64,000 nt of DNA from Alphaproteobacteria bacterium. GTDB lineage: Bacteria > Pseudomonadota > Alphaproteobacteria > CALKHQ01. The notes under the pieces were generated by a model, which was not told where the DNA came from, did no database searches, and worked only from the letters and a program-made list of their open reading frames with translations. Of the stretch, positions 9,611-19,756 are shown in pieces. A program made the translations under genes and the position numbers. How positions within the stretch are numbered: the stretch's first letter is position 1; each line of letters starts with the position of its first letter. The stretch covers positions 1,152,001-1,216,000 of the forward strand of contig CBDDFZ010000001.1 of assembly GCA_965227515.1 (NCBI GenBank), read 5' to 3'.

Positions 9611-10423
9611 ATGGACGCACACGGTCAGGATAGCGCAACCGGCGATGACGCACGGCCGCACGCGGTCGAGAGCGAGATCACCCTGTCGGCGCTGGTGGTG
9701 GCGCACAACGAGGAAGACAACCTCGATGAGTGCCTGGGCGCACTGAGTTTCGCAGACGAACTGGTGGTGGTGCTGGACCGCTGCACCGACCGCTCGGCGG
9801 AGATTGCGGGGCGCTACACCGACCGCCTGATCGAAGGCGGCTGGGAGATCGAGGGCGACCGCCGCAACACCGGCATCGATGCCTGCAAGGGCGCCTGGAT
9901 CCTGGAGGTCGATGCCGACGAACGGGTCTCCAAGGCGCTGGCGGACGAGATCGTCGGCGTCATCCGCCAGGCCCCATACGGCTATTTCCTGATCCCGTTC
10001 GACAACTATGTCGGCGGGCGGCTGGTACGCTATGGCTGGGGCGCGCAGTTCGGCGTGGGGGCGGCGGTGCGCCTGTTCGCGCGCGGCGCCAAGCGCTGGG
10101 GCCGGCAGCGGGTGCATCCGAAGCTGGACCTGAAGGGCCAGCGCATGACGCTGGAAAACCGGATGGACCACTATGTCGACGACAGCATCTCCGACATGCT
10201 GCGCCGGCTCGACAACTACACCACGCTGGCCGCCCAGGACATGCGCGACACCGGGCTCAAAGGCTCGCTGTTCCACAACGCGCGGCGCATCTTCTCCCGT
10301 TTCTACAAGTGCTATGTCGCGCGGCGGGGCTACCGCGAGGGCAAGTACGGCTTCCTGATCGCGCTGATGGCCGGCCTCTACCCGATCCTCACCTACCTGA
10401 AGGCCCATCTGGAAGACGAGTGA
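9611..10423 (+). CDS. Glycosyltransferase family 2 (KdtX/WaaE-like)
   Basis: LSALVVAHNEE, DRCTDRS, VDADERVS, GYREGKYGF. Confidence 0.92.
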   Translation: MDAHGQDSATGDDARPHAVESEITLSALVVAHNEEDNLDECLGALSFADELVVVLDRCTDRSAEIAGRYTDRLIEGGWEIEGDRRNTGIDACKGAWILEVDADERVSKALADEIVGVIRQAPYGYFLIPFDNYVGGRLVRYGWGAQFGVGAAVRLFARGAKRWGRQRVHPKLDLKGQRMTLENRMDHYVDDSISDMLRRLDNYTTLAAQDMRDTGLKGSLFHNARRIFSRFYKCYVARRGYREGKYGFLIALMAGLYPILTYLKAHLEDE

Positions 10424-10436
10424 TCGGAAGCGTGAC

Positions 10437-11525
10437 GTGATCCGGTTGATGCAGGTGATGGCGGGCGCGCCGAACGGCGGCGCGGAGGCCTTCTTCGTGC
10501 GTCTGGCGGGGGCGTTTCAGCGCCGTGCCGGCGACCTGGACCTGGCGCAACAGGTGGTGATCCGCCGCCATCCGGCGCGGGCCGCGGCATTGCGCGCGGC
10601 TGGCGCCAGCGTGGCGGAACTCGGCTTCGGCGGCGGCATCGATATCTGGACCGCGCGGCGCCTGCGCCGGCTGGCCGCCGATTTCCGCCCCGACATCGTG
10701 CTCGCCTGGATGAGCCGTGCCGCCGACCATTGCCGCCGCGCGATGTTGGAGCAAGCGCCAAAACCCTTACTCATGGCGCGGCTCGGCGGCTACTACGACC
10801 TGAAGCACTACAAGGGCTTCGACCACCTGGTCGGCAACACCCGCGAGATCGTGGACTGGATCGTGGGCCAGGGCTGGCCGGCCGAGCGCGCCCACTACCT
10901 GCCGAACTTCGTCACCGCGACGCCGGACCCGCCGCTGCCGCGCGCCACCTTCGACACATCGGAGGGCGTGCCGCTGCTGCTGGCGCTGGGCCGGCTGCAC
11001 GAGAACAAGGCGTTCGATGTGGCCCTGCGTGCGCTGGCCCAGGTGCCCGATGCGCATCTGTGGCTGGTGGGTGAGGGCCCGCTGCGCGCCGACCTGGAGC
11101 GGCTGGCGCAATCGCTCGGTGTGGCCGACCGGGTGCGGATGCCCGGCTGGCGCGACGACATGCCCGCACTGATGGCCGCCGCCGACATCGCCATCTGCCC
11201 CTCGCGCCTGGAACCGCTGGGCAATGTGGTGCTGGAAGCGTGGGCGCACGGCCGCCCCATTGTCGCTGCCGCATCCGCCGGGCCGGCAGCGCTGATCGAC
11301 GATGGCCGGACCGGCCTGCTGGTGCCGGTGGAAGACGCCGACGCGCTGGCCGCCGCCATCCAGCGCCTGATCGCGGAACCCGACTGCGGCCGCGTGCTGG
11401 TCGATGCCGGCCGCGCCCACTATGACGCCAACTTCACCGAGGAGGCGGTGGTGGGGCAGTACATGGACCTGTTTCGCGCGGTGACCGCCGACCGTGCGAC
11501 AAGCGCCGTGCGGGAGCGCGGCTGA
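10437..11525 (+). CDS. Glycosyltransferase family 4
   Basis: GGAE at the N-terminus, GRLHENKAFD, PSRLEPLGNVVLEAW. Confidence 0.93.
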   Translation: MIRLMQVMAGAPNGGAEAFFVRLAGAFQRRAGDLDLAQQVVIRRHPARAAALRAAGASVAELGFGGGIDIWTARRLRRLAADFRPDIVLAWMSRAADHCRRAMLEQAPKPLLMARLGGYYDLKHYKGFDHLVGNTREIVDWIVGQGWPAERAHYLPNFVTATPDPPLPRATFDTSEGVPLLLALGRLHENKAFDVALRALAQVPDAHLWLVGEGPLRADLERLAQSLGVADRVRMPGWRDDMPALMAAADIAICPSRLEPLGNVVLEAWAHGRPIVAAASAGPAALIDDGRTGLLVPVEDADALAAAIQRLIAEPDCGRVLVDAGRAHYDANFTEEAVVGQYMDLFRAVTADRATSAVRERG

Positions 11526-13297
11526 TGTGCGGCATCGCCGGCGTGATGATGACGGCGGACGATCCGCCCGAGCCGGATGTGCTGACCGCGCTGGCCGATG
11601 CGCTGGCGCATCGCGGGCCGGACGGACGCGGCACCTATCGCCAGGACCAGGTGGCGATGGCGCAGACCCGCCTCGCCATCATCGACCTCGCCACCGGCGA
11701 CCAGCCGATCAAGGGCGTCAACGGCCAGGTCCTGGTCGGCAATGGCGAGATCTACAACTACATCGAGCTGCGCCAGGAGCTGGCGGGCGCCACCTTCAAC
11801 ACCAAGTCGGATTGCGAGCCGCCGGTCCTGCTCTACAACCGCGACGGGCCGGCCTTCGCCGACAATCTGCGCGGCATGTACGCATTGGCGATCCACGACC
11901 CGGTCGCCGGGCGGCTGGTCCTGTCGCGCGATCCGTTCGGCATCAAGCCGCTCTACTACACCGAGATGCCGAAGGGCTTCGCCTTCGCGTCAGAGCCGCA
12001 GGCCCTGGTCGCGGCCGGCCTGGTCGAGCCGCGCGAGGACCCGGTGGCGCGCGCCGAGCTGCTGCAGATGCAGTTCAGCACCGGCCCGAACACGCCGTTC
12101 GCCGGCATCAAGCGGCTGCAGCCGGGCGAAACGGTGGTCGTCATCGGCGGGCGCATCCTGGAGCGGACCCGCCGCCATGCGCTGCCAACCACGGCCGCGC
12201 CGCCGACCGATGAGGCGACGGCGCTGAAGACGCTGGACCGGCTGCTGACCGAGAGCGTCGACCTGCACCAGCGCTCCGACGTGCCCTATGGCATGTTCCT
12301 GTCCGGCGGCATCGACAGTTCGGCGATCCTGGCCCTGATGGCACGGCTGAACGACCAGCCGGTGCGCGCGTTCACCGCCGGCTTCGTCGGCAACGAGGTC
12401 CACGACGAGCGGGCGCACGCGCGGGTCGTCGCCAGGGCGGTGGGGGCGGAGCATATCGAGGTCGAGGTCGGCGAGGCAGACTTCTGGGCCACGCTGCCCC
12501 GCATCGCCGCGGCGCTGGACGATCCGGTGGCCGACTATGCGGTGGTGCCGACCTTCAAGCTGGCCGAGGCCGCCAGCCAGGAGTTGAAGGTGGTGTTGTG
12601 CGGCGAGGGCGGCGACGAGCTGTTCGCCGGCTATGGCCGCTACCGCAGCGCGGTGCGCTCGTGGCTGTGGGGCGGGCGGGGCATGCGGGTGCGCGGCATG
12701 TTCGACGACATGGGCATCATCCGGGGCGCATTGTCGGGCTGGCGCGACGGTGTGGACGCCGCCGAGGCGACGGCATCGGGCAATGCCGGCTACTCGCGCC
12801 TGCAGATTGCCCAGGCGGTCGATTGCGCCGACTGGCTGCCCAACGACCTGTTGACCAAGGTCGACCGCTGCCTGATGGCGCACGGCCTGGAGGGCCGCGT
12901 ACCGCTACTGGATACGGAGGTCGGCGCCTTCGCCTTCAGCCTGCCCGACAAGCTGAAGGTGCGCGGCCGCACCGGCAAGTGGTTGTTGCGCCAGTGGCTG
13001 CACGAGGCGCTGCCAGAGGCCGAGGCCTTCACCAAGAAACGCGGCTTCTCGGTGCCGGTGGCGCACTGGATCCATGGCCGCGGCGCGCAACTCGGCCCGC
13101 TGGTGGCCGATCAGGCGGGGGTCGCCGCCATCGCCCACCGCGACCAGGTGGTGAAGCTGTTCCTCAGCGACGACAAGCGCCACGGCTTCGCCGCCTGGAC
13201 GCTGTTGTTCTATGCCCTCTGGCACCAGCGCCACATGCTGGGGCGCGACCCCGGCGATGGCGACGTGTTCGACGTGCTGAGCCAGAAGTCTGGCTAA
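11525..13297 (+). CDS. asnB: Asparagine synthase-like amidotransferase (glutamine-hydrolysing), probably glycan amidation
   Basis: MCGIAG, HRGPD, NGEIYN, RDPFGIKPLY, LSGGIDS, GEGGDELF, DRCLMAHGLEGRVP; translationally coupled to the GT4 gene. Confidence 0.93.
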   Translation: MCGIAGVMMTADDPPEPDVLTALADALAHRGPDGRGTYRQDQVAMAQTRLAIIDLATGDQPIKGVNGQVLVGNGEIYNYIELRQELAGATFNTKSDCEPPVLLYNRDGPAFADNLRGMYALAIHDPVAGRLVLSRDPFGIKPLYYTEMPKGFAFASEPQALVAAGLVEPREDPVARAELLQMQFSTGPNTPFAGIKRLQPGETVVVIGGRILERTRRHALPTTAAPPTDEATALKTLDRLLTESVDLHQRSDVPYGMFLSGGIDSSAILALMARLNDQPVRAFTAGFVGNEVHDERAHARVVARAVGAEHIEVEVGEADFWATLPRIAAALDDPVADYAVVPTFKLAEAASQELKVVLCGEGGDELFAGYGRYRSAVRSWLWGGRGMRVRGMFDDMGIIRGALSGWRDGVDAAEATASGNAGYSRLQIAQAVDCADWLPNDLLTKVDRCLMAHGLEGRVPLLDTEVGAFAFSLPDKLKVRGRTGKWLLRQWLHEALPEAEAFTKKRGFSVPVAHWIHGRGAQLGPLVADQAGVAAIAHRDQVVKLFLSDDKRHGFAAWTLLFYALWHQRHMLGRDPGDGDVFDVLSQKSG

Positions 13298-13397
13298 AGT
13301 AAGCCGGCACCGGCCCTGAGCGAAAGCTGATCGCGGTCTGGCAGGCAGCTAAAAAACGCCGGATAGGCCGCGCAGACCGGCGGCAGGGGCGCCAGGC

Positions 13398-13706
13398 TCA
13401 GTCGTAGGGCGCGAAACAGCCGCGCACGGCTTGCAGGATGCCCGGGTAGGTCGTTTCGACCATTTCGAACGACCGTGGCTCGAACCCGTCTTCGGCGATC
13501 CGCGTCTTGTCGTCCTCGCTCATCGGCGACATGGCGTCGATGGCGCACTCGCAGCCGATCTCGGCCGCCTGCGGGACTTCGGCAATCTCGGCATTGGACC
13601 GGCACGCCGCCAGGGCCGCGTCATCCGCGGGCGTGGCAAGGGCGCCGGATATCGTGGCCCCGATCAGGGCAATCGTGAGTGCCGGGACGGCAATGGCATG
13701 TCGCAT
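13398..13706 (-). CDS. Small secreted protein with four cysteines (C...CEC...C)
   Basis: Signal peptide ALA-T, acidic, CxC motif. Confidence 0.65.
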   Translation of the reverse strand: MRHAIAVPALTIALIGATISGALATPADDAALAACRSNAEIAEVPQAAEIGCECAIDAMSPMSEDDKTRIAEDGFEPRSFEMVETTYPGILQAVRGCFAPYD

Positions 13707-13831
13707 GTCTGGACCGACCTTCATGGTGGTGGCTGGCATGGTGTGGCATGGCGGTTAGACGCAGCCATTGTGGCAATAGCGTGATGACACGGCGGTTGGC
13801 GCGATAGCGATCTCCGAGCATAGTCGCCGGC

Positions 13832-14380
13832 ATGGACACTGCGACAGCACTGATCATTGTCGATGTACAACATGCCATTGACGATCCGGTCTGGGGGCGT
13901 CGAAGCCAGCCGGACATGGAATCCAACCTTGCAAGCCTTCTGCGTGCGTGGCGGTTGAACGGTTGGCCGGTCGTGCATGTTCGCCATGATTCGACCGAGC
14001 CGTCATCGACCTACCGGCCGGGCCAGCCGGGCAATGCTTTCAAGCCCGAGGTCGCGCCGCTGAACGGCGAAGCGATTATTGCCAAGCGCACCAACAGCGC
14101 CTTCATCGGCACGGACCTGGAGCCATGGTTACGCGGGCGCGAGATCGGCAATCTCGTCATTTGCGGCGTGCTGATCGAGAACTCCGTCGATGCCACGGTG
14201 CGGGTTGCCGCAAACCTGGGGTTCTCGGTCATGGTGCCGGCGGATGGCGTTGCCGCGGTAGACCGTGTCGACCGCAATGGGCGGCGCTGGCCAGCCGAGG
14301 ACGTGCAGGCGCTGTGGCTATCGGTCCTGGATGGCGAGTATGCCACCGTCGCTACGACCGCCGACCTGTTGGCGTCCTGA
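13832..14380 (+). CDS. Cysteine hydrolase / isochorismatase family protein
   Basis: TALIIVDVQ, KRTNSAFIGT, G....NSVDATVR (Ser at the usual nucleophile position). Confidence 0.9.
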   Translation: MDTATALIIVDVQHAIDDPVWGRRSQPDMESNLASLLRAWRLNGWPVVHVRHDSTEPSSTYRPGQPGNAFKPEVAPLNGEAIIAKRTNSAFIGTDLEPWLRGREIGNLVICGVLIENSVDATVRVAANLGFSVMVPADGVAAVDRVDRNGRRWPAEDVQALWLSVLDGEYATVATTADLLAS

Positions 14381-14401
14381 GCGCAATGACGGCAATAGGG
14401 G

Positions 14402-15475
14402 TCAAGAACGGCCGAGCCACGTAATCCGCCGAATGTGCGCATCGGCGCGGGCCAGCTCAACGGGCGGATATGCCCGGCCGCGATCATAGGCATGCACGTG
14501 CAGCGCGGCATAGCTGCCCATGAACGGCTCGAACGCGATGCGCAGGACCGGCCGGCGCCGCGACAGGTTGATCAGCAGGCGGGTGAACGCGCGCCTGCGA
14601 TCCTTCGGGAACTGATACAATACGATCGTATGCATCACACAGACCGGTGCCCGGCCGGGGGTTATCAGTGCGGGCAGGGCGGCCATGGCGTCTGCGGCCA
14701 TGATCTCCGGCGGATCGCGGCGCGCGATCTCCAGCGCTGCATGGAGGGTGTGGCGGCGGGAGGTCTCCTCCGGCCAGACCAGGGCGCGCAGCCAGCGCCG
14801 GTCGTCGGCGTCGCGCACGTCGAGGGGGGCGAGGTCGATGCCGATCCGCCGGCCCACCGGAACCGGCCCATCGGGCGGGATCGCGCGGCTGCCGCGCAGC
14901 CGCGGTGAGATCCGCACCGGGGAGGCCGGGTCGCCCATGCGGCCGCGATGGCCGAAATCGTAGCCAAACCTGTCCCAGAGCTGGTTGAGCCCGGCACTGG
15001 TGCCGACCTCGATGACATCGATCGGCGCGACACCCAGCGCGCCCCCCAACAAGCCCTGGGCCCGCAACCACTGGAAGGCGAGATAGAGCACAGCGCTGCG
15101 CCGTGCCTCGTTGGTCGAGACCCTGCGCCTGGCCACCAGCTCCGCCAACGGCGCGCGGTGCACGCGGCAGAAATCCGCGAAGTCGCCGGCCGTTTCGGGG
15201 CCGAAGCGGCCACCGTCGCTCAGGTCCGGGAACGACCGGCGCAAGGGGTGGTCCGTGCCATCCAGCAGCAGCGCGTGAATGGCGCTGAGCAGGATGTTGG
15301 CGGGCGGCTGGCCGGGCTGGCGGCCGGCCAGTATCTCCAGCGCGACCGGGTCGTCGGCCGCGCAGGCCGCGAGTTGCGCATAGAGCGGTGACAAGCTCGG
15401 CGCCTCGCGGGTGGCGAAGCGCCGCAGCCTGGCAACCGTATCCGTATGGGTTGGCGTGTCGGTATCGGCGGTCAT
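14402..15475 (-). CDS. DUF2332 family protein
   Basis: SPLYAQL, STNEARRS, EVGTSAGLN..WDR, GIDLAPLD, WLRALVWPE, ARADAH; start re-assigned to 15475 (15490 is an alternative). Confidence 0.88.
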   Translation of the reverse strand: MTADTDTPTHTDTVARLRRFATREAPSLSPLYAQLAACAADDPVALEILAGRQPGQPPANILLSAIHALLLDGTDHPLRRSFPDLSDGGRFGPETAGDFADFCRVHRAPLAELVARRRVSTNEARRSAVLYLAFQWLRAQGLLGGALGVAPIDVIEVGTSAGLNQLWDRFGYDFGHRGRMGDPASPVRISPRLRGSRAIPPDGPVPVGRRIGIDLAPLDVRDADDRRWLRALVWPEETSRRHTLHAALEIARRDPPEIMAADAMAALPALITPGRAPVCVMHTIVLYQFPKDRRRAFTRLLINLSRRRPVLRIAFEPFMGSYAALHVHAYDRGRAYPPVELARADAHIRRITWLGRS

Positions 15476-15537
15476 TGTGCGCCGCAGCATAGAGCCGCGG
15501 CGCCGGAAGTCACGTCCTTCTGGCCGGACGTCAGGCC

Positions 15538-15924
15538 CTACTGGACTGCGCCCGCGAAGGCGATGACCTGTTCCTGCTTGGTGTCGCCGGCGACGGCCAC
15601 CGTCATGGTCTCGGTCTCGCCCTGGAAGGTTGCGCTCACGTCGTAGCTGCCGCCCGGCAGGTCGACCAGCACCCACGGGCCGCCGCAGATCACGTCGACC
15701 ACGACCTCGCCGTTGGCATCGGTGATTTCGGTATGCACATCGGCCACGAAGTCGCCGTTCTGCTGCGCGTACACCAGCTTCAGCGTGTAGTCCGCGGTCT
15801 CCGCTTCCGCGCGGGCCTCCGCCCCGACGCCCGAGCAGATCGGCTCCTGGGCGAAGGCGCCGGCAGTGCCAGCCATCAGGACAGTCAGCGCCGCCGCGGC
15901 GCCGTGCAATCTTGCCAGTCTCAT
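15538..15924 (-). CDS. Secreted protein with carboxypeptidase-regulatory-like beta-sandwich
   Basis: Signal peptide AFA-Q; GVG...YTLKLVYA..G.FVADV...GPWVLVDLPGGSYDV; AGGAG RBS. Confidence 0.82.
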   Translation of the reverse strand: MRLARLHGAAAALTVLMAGTAGAFAQEPICSGVGAEARAEAETADYTLKLVYAQQNGDFVADVHTEITDANGEVVVDVICGGPWVLVDLPGGSYDVSATFQGETETMTVAVAGDTKQEQVIAFAGAVQ

Positions 15925-16178
15925 TGCTCATCTCCTTGATGTGCAGGTGATGTCGGAACACATGGGTTGCGCCGCGGGTTCCGTCATCTTGCAATTGTGT
16001 CATCCGGCGGAACGTCGGCATTTGGCCGCATGCAACAGGCTTGTCCCGCAACGCGCCACCGCATAATGTGAAGGCAGGGTGGCAATTGGGGTTGCCGCCT
16101 TTTTGTTCAATCGGCGCGATGGCGCCGCCACAAGCCCGGACGGCATTGCACTGGCCGGGCGGTTGGGGAGGATTAGGA

Positions 16179-17204
16179 ATGAAGTTGCATACGACTGCGC
16201 TCAGCGGTGCGCTGGGCCTTGCTATCGCCGCTGCGTTCGGCGCCTCGGCCCAGGCCCAGGAATTCACCCTGCGCATCCAGACGCACTATGCGCCGGAGAC
16301 CCCGTCGGGTCAGCTGGCCCAGCAGTTCGTCGACGACGTCGAGCTGATGTCGGGCGGCCGCCTGGACATCGAGATGTTCTTCTCGTCGTCGGTCGTCGGC
16401 TCGGTCGAGACCTTCGACGCCGCGGCCACCGGCATCCTTGACGGCGACATGACCGGCGGTGCCTACCAGACCGGCAAGAACCCGGCGTTCCAGTTCGTCG
16501 GCGACATCATGGGCGGCTACGACACCCCGTGGCAGCAATATGCCTGGCTGTACTACGGCGGCGGCTACGACGCGGCCAACGAACTGTACAACCAGTTCAA
16601 CATGCAGCTGATCGGCTGGTGGGTGTACGGCCAGGAATCGCTGTCCTCGTCGGCGCCGCTGGCCGGACCGGAGGACCTGGTCGACTGGAAGTTCCGCTCG
16701 CCTCCGGGCCTTGAGACCGAGATCTTCGCCGAGCTTGGCGCCAGCCCGATCGTGATGGACTTCACCGAGATCTTCACCGCGCTGGAGACCGGCATCATCG
16801 ACGGTGCCGATGCCTCCGGGCTCGCCAACAACGTCGGCCTGGGCCTCTATGACCTGGTCGATCACGCGACCTTCCCCGGCTTCCACTCGATGCCGTCGGA
16901 CCATCTGGCCATCCGCAAGGACGCCTGGGACGCGTTGCCGGCCGACATCCAGCGCATCATCGAGGTCGCCATGCAGAAGCTGGCGTTCCAGACCGCGCTG
17001 ACGTTCGAGGTCAAGAACAACGAGGCCGCGGCGCAACTGGTCGCACAGGGCGTCACCCTGCACGACTGGTCGGCAGAGGATCGCCGGTCGTTCCGCGAGG
17101 CCGCGCAGGCCATGTGGCAGGTGTGGGCCGACAAGACCCCGGAAGCGCGGGCGCTGGTCGACAGCCACATCGAGTTCATGACCACGCTGGGCCTGATCCA
17201 GTAA
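16179..17204 (+). CDS. dctP: TRAP transporter substrate-binding protein
   Basis: Signal peptide, LRIQT, MSGGRLDIE, KFRSPPG, EIFTALETGIIDG. Confidence 0.93.
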   Translation: MKLHTTALSGALGLAIAAAFGASAQAQEFTLRIQTHYAPETPSGQLAQQFVDDVELMSGGRLDIEMFFSSSVVGSVETFDAAATGILDGDMTGGAYQTGKNPAFQFVGDIMGGYDTPWQQYAWLYYGGGYDAANELYNQFNMQLIGWWVYGQESLSSSAPLAGPEDLVDWKFRSPPGLETEIFAELGASPIVMDFTEIFTALETGIIDGADASGLANNVGLGLYDLVDHATFPGFHSMPSDHLAIRKDAWDALPADIQRIIEVAMQKLAFQTALTFEVKNNEAAAQLVAQGVTLHDWSAEDRRSFREAAQAMWQVWADKTPEARALVDSHIEFMTTLGLIQ

Positions 17205-17232
17205 CCCATCGGACATGACCCTGGTTGGGCGG

Positions 17233-17258
17233 GCCCGCCGGCGCTGATGCCGGCGGGC
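17233..17258 (+). promoter_or_regulatory. Intercistronic hairpin after dctP (mRNA stabiliser or partial terminator)
   Basis: GCCCGCCGGCG-CTGA-TGCCGGCGGGC with no U tract. Confidence 0.55.
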
Positions 17259-17328
17259 GCGTTCATACTTGCTCCGGTGCTGCCCGTGCGATTGACGGCA
17301 CGGGACGCCAGGCTGAGGGAGACGCCCG

Positions 17329-17898
17329 TTGGTCGAGCATGAAGTCACCGGCTGGATGGACCGGGTGTCCATCGCGATCAGCCGGGTCGCGATGTTCCTG
17401 GTGGCGGTGATCGTCGCGATCATCTTCTTCGAAGTCGTGATGCGGTATCTGTTCGAGAAGCCCACCTTGTGGGTGAACGAGATGTCGCTGTGGATCGCGG
17501 GCGGCATCTACCTGCTGGCCGGGCTCTACGTCATGCAGCAGCGCGGCCATATCAGGATCTTCATCCTCTACGACATGGTGCCGCGCAAGGTGCAGCGGCT
17601 GTTCGACCTGATCTCGACATTGCTGATCTGCATCTTCGCCGCCGCCGTCGTGTGGGGCGGCTTCAACGAAGCCTGGGAAAAGCTGATGCGGTGGGAGACG
17701 TTCGGCACCGCGTGGGACCCGCCGATACCGGCCACCATGAAGCCCTTGATGCTGATCACCGTGGTGCTGATCGCGCTGCAGTCGGTCACCAACCTGATCG
17801 CCGACTGGGGGCGCAAGGAGAAGGAGACCCACGCCATCGCCGAGGACGTTCCCGACGACCTGGTTGCCGACCTGACCGGCGCCAAGAAGGCGGACTGA
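17329..17898 (+). CDS. dctQ: TRAP transporter small permease
   Basis: EVVMRYLF..PTLWVNE, HIRI, four TM segments. Confidence 0.92.
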   Translation: MVEHEVTGWMDRVSIAISRVAMFLVAVIVAIIFFEVVMRYLFEKPTLWVNEMSLWIAGGIYLLAGLYVMQQRGHIRIFILYDMVPRKVQRLFDLISTLLICIFAAAVVWGGFNEAWEKLMRWETFGTAWDPPIPATMKPLMLITVVLIALQSVTNLIADWGRKEKETHAIAEDVPDDLVADLTGAKKAD

Positions 17899-17940
17899 GT
17901 TCACCATGCACCAGTTCCCCGCGATCTAGGACGACACGAC

Positions 17941-19731
17941 ATGGATATCGGCACGATCTCGGTCGTTCTGCTGCTGGGCATCCTGTTGCTGCTGGCCATC
18001 GGCATGCCGCTGGGCTTTGCCTCGGGCTTTCTGGCGCTGGTGGTGCTGGTGATGAAGTTCGGGCCGGACCTGCTGTTCGGCAATTTCGGCACCGGGCCGC
18101 TGAACATCCTGGCGCAGCGAATATACGGCTTGATGGTCAGCTACCCGATCATATCGGTGCCGCTGTTCATCTTCATGGCGGTGATCCTGGAAAGATCGGG
18201 CATCGCGCGCGACATGTACAACAGCCTGAATTTCTGGCTGTCGCGCACCCGTGGCGGCATCGCCATCGTCACCTCGATCATGGCGATCATCATGGCCGCC
18301 ATGTCCGGCATCATCGGCGGCGAAGTGGTGCTGCTGGGCCTGATCGCGCTGCCGCAGATGCTGCGCCTGGGCTACAACCGCAACCTGGCCATCGGCACCA
18401 TCTGCGCGTCCGGCTCGCTCGGCACCATGATCCCGCCGTCGATCGTGCTGATCATCTACGGCCTGATCACCGAGACCTCGATCAAGGCGCTGTTCACGGC
18501 GTCGTTCCTGCCCGGATTCATGCTGGCCTCGTTCTTCATCGTCTACATCATCGTGCGGTCGAACCTGCGCCCGCACGAGGCGCCGCTGCCGGGCGAGAAG
18601 CCGGAGGACATTTCCCGGTCGGGCACGTTGCTGTGGGCGTTCAAGTTCTTCTCGTTCCCGGCCATTCTGGCGCTGTCGGGCGTGGCCCACTGGGTGTGGG
18701 ACTGGGGCTGGAGCATCATTGGCGTGATGCTGGCCGCGTACGCAGTGCTGATGTTCTACGTGAACAAGTACTTCCCCTCGACGACTGCCCCGCTGAAAGA
18801 GGGCGAGCCGAACGTCCGCCAGAAGGCGCTGATGTTCTCCATCCTGATGATGATGCTGGCCGTCGGAATCTCGATTGCGCTGTTGCTGCGGGCAGGCTTC
18901 ATCCATGCGGTCGGCCGCAACGTGGCGGAAGAGGGCGAGGACATACCCGGCCTGGTCTCCGACTCATCGGTCCTGTGGATTGCGGTCGTCCTGTCAATGG
19001 TGACGGCGGTGCTCGCGCTGCTGGTTTCGCCGGAGAAGCGCCGCCAGACCTGGGCCCACGGCAAGGGCCTGATCGCCCCGCTGCTGGTGGTCGGCGTCGT
19101 GCTGGGCTCGATCTACGGCGGCATCACCGGCATCACCGAGGCGGCGGCCATGGGTGTCGTCGCCGTCATGCTGCTGACCATCATTCGCGGCGAGATGAGC
19201 TTCACGCTGATCCGCGAAGCGCTGATGCGCACCTTCAAGTCGACCGGCACCATCATCTGGGTCACGTTCGGCGCCACGGCGCTGGCGGGTGCCTACACCA
19301 TTGCCGGCGGGCCGACCTATGTCGCCAACCTGATCATCGGCGCCGACCTGCCGACGATGAGCGTCATCCTGGTGATGATGGTGATCTTCCTGATCCTGGG
19401 CGCGTTCATGGACTGGGTCGGCATCGTGCTGCTGGTGATGCCGGTGTTCCTGCCCATCGTCACCCGGCTGCCGGTCGAGGAGATCGGCTATATCGGCACG
19501 CTGTCGGCCTCGTTCGTGCCGGTGTGGTTCGGCGTGGTGTTCTGCATGAACATGCAGGTCAGCTTCCTGAGCCCGCCGTTCGGGCCGGCCGCGTTCTACC
19601 TGAAGTCGGTGGCGCCGCCGGAGATCTCGCTGACCGACATCTTCCGCGGCTTCCTGCCGTTCATCGCAATCCAGATCCTGGCGCTGGCGGTGCTGCTGGT
19701 CTGGCCGGGGATTACCGAGCTGTTCTTCTGA
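17941..19731 (+). CDS. dctM: TRAP transporter large permease with an internal insertion
   Basis: VPLFIFM, GSLGTMIPPS, GITEAAAMG, NMQVSFLSPPFG; 596 aa. Confidence 0.93.
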   Translation: MDIGTISVVLLLGILLLLAIGMPLGFASGFLALVVLVMKFGPDLLFGNFGTGPLNILAQRIYGLMVSYPIISVPLFIFMAVILERSGIARDMYNSLNFWLSRTRGGIAIVTSIMAIIMAAMSGIIGGEVVLLGLIALPQMLRLGYNRNLAIGTICASGSLGTMIPPSIVLIIYGLITETSIKALFTASFLPGFMLASFFIVYIIVRSNLRPHEAPLPGEKPEDISRSGTLLWAFKFFSFPAILALSGVAHWVWDWGWSIIGVMLAAYAVLMFYVNKYFPSTTAPLKEGEPNVRQKALMFSILMMMLAVGISIALLLRAGFIHAVGRNVAEEGEDIPGLVSDSSVLWIAVVLSMVTAVLALLVSPEKRRQTWAHGKGLIAPLLVVGVVLGSIYGGITGITEAAAMGVVAVMLLTIIRGEMSFTLIREALMRTFKSTGTIIWVTFGATALAGAYTIAGGPTYVANLIIGADLPTMSVILVMMVIFLILGAFMDWVGIVLLVMPVFLPIVTRLPVEEIGYIGTLSASFVPVWFGVVFCMNMQVSFLSPPFGPAAFYLKSVAPPEISLTDIFRGFLPFIAIQILALAVLLVWPGITELFF

Positions 19732-19756
19732 CGCGCTGTGAACGGCTGAACGGGCG

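Noticed and set aside
16080-16095. Sigma54-like TGGCAA...TTGC upstream of dctP
   Set aside because: GG-to-GC spacing is 11 nt rather than the required 10.
14402-16276. 624-aa ORF as a single fusion protein
   Set aside because: Only the last ~357 codons look like DUF2332; the upstream part overlaps the real 15538-15924 gene in another frame.
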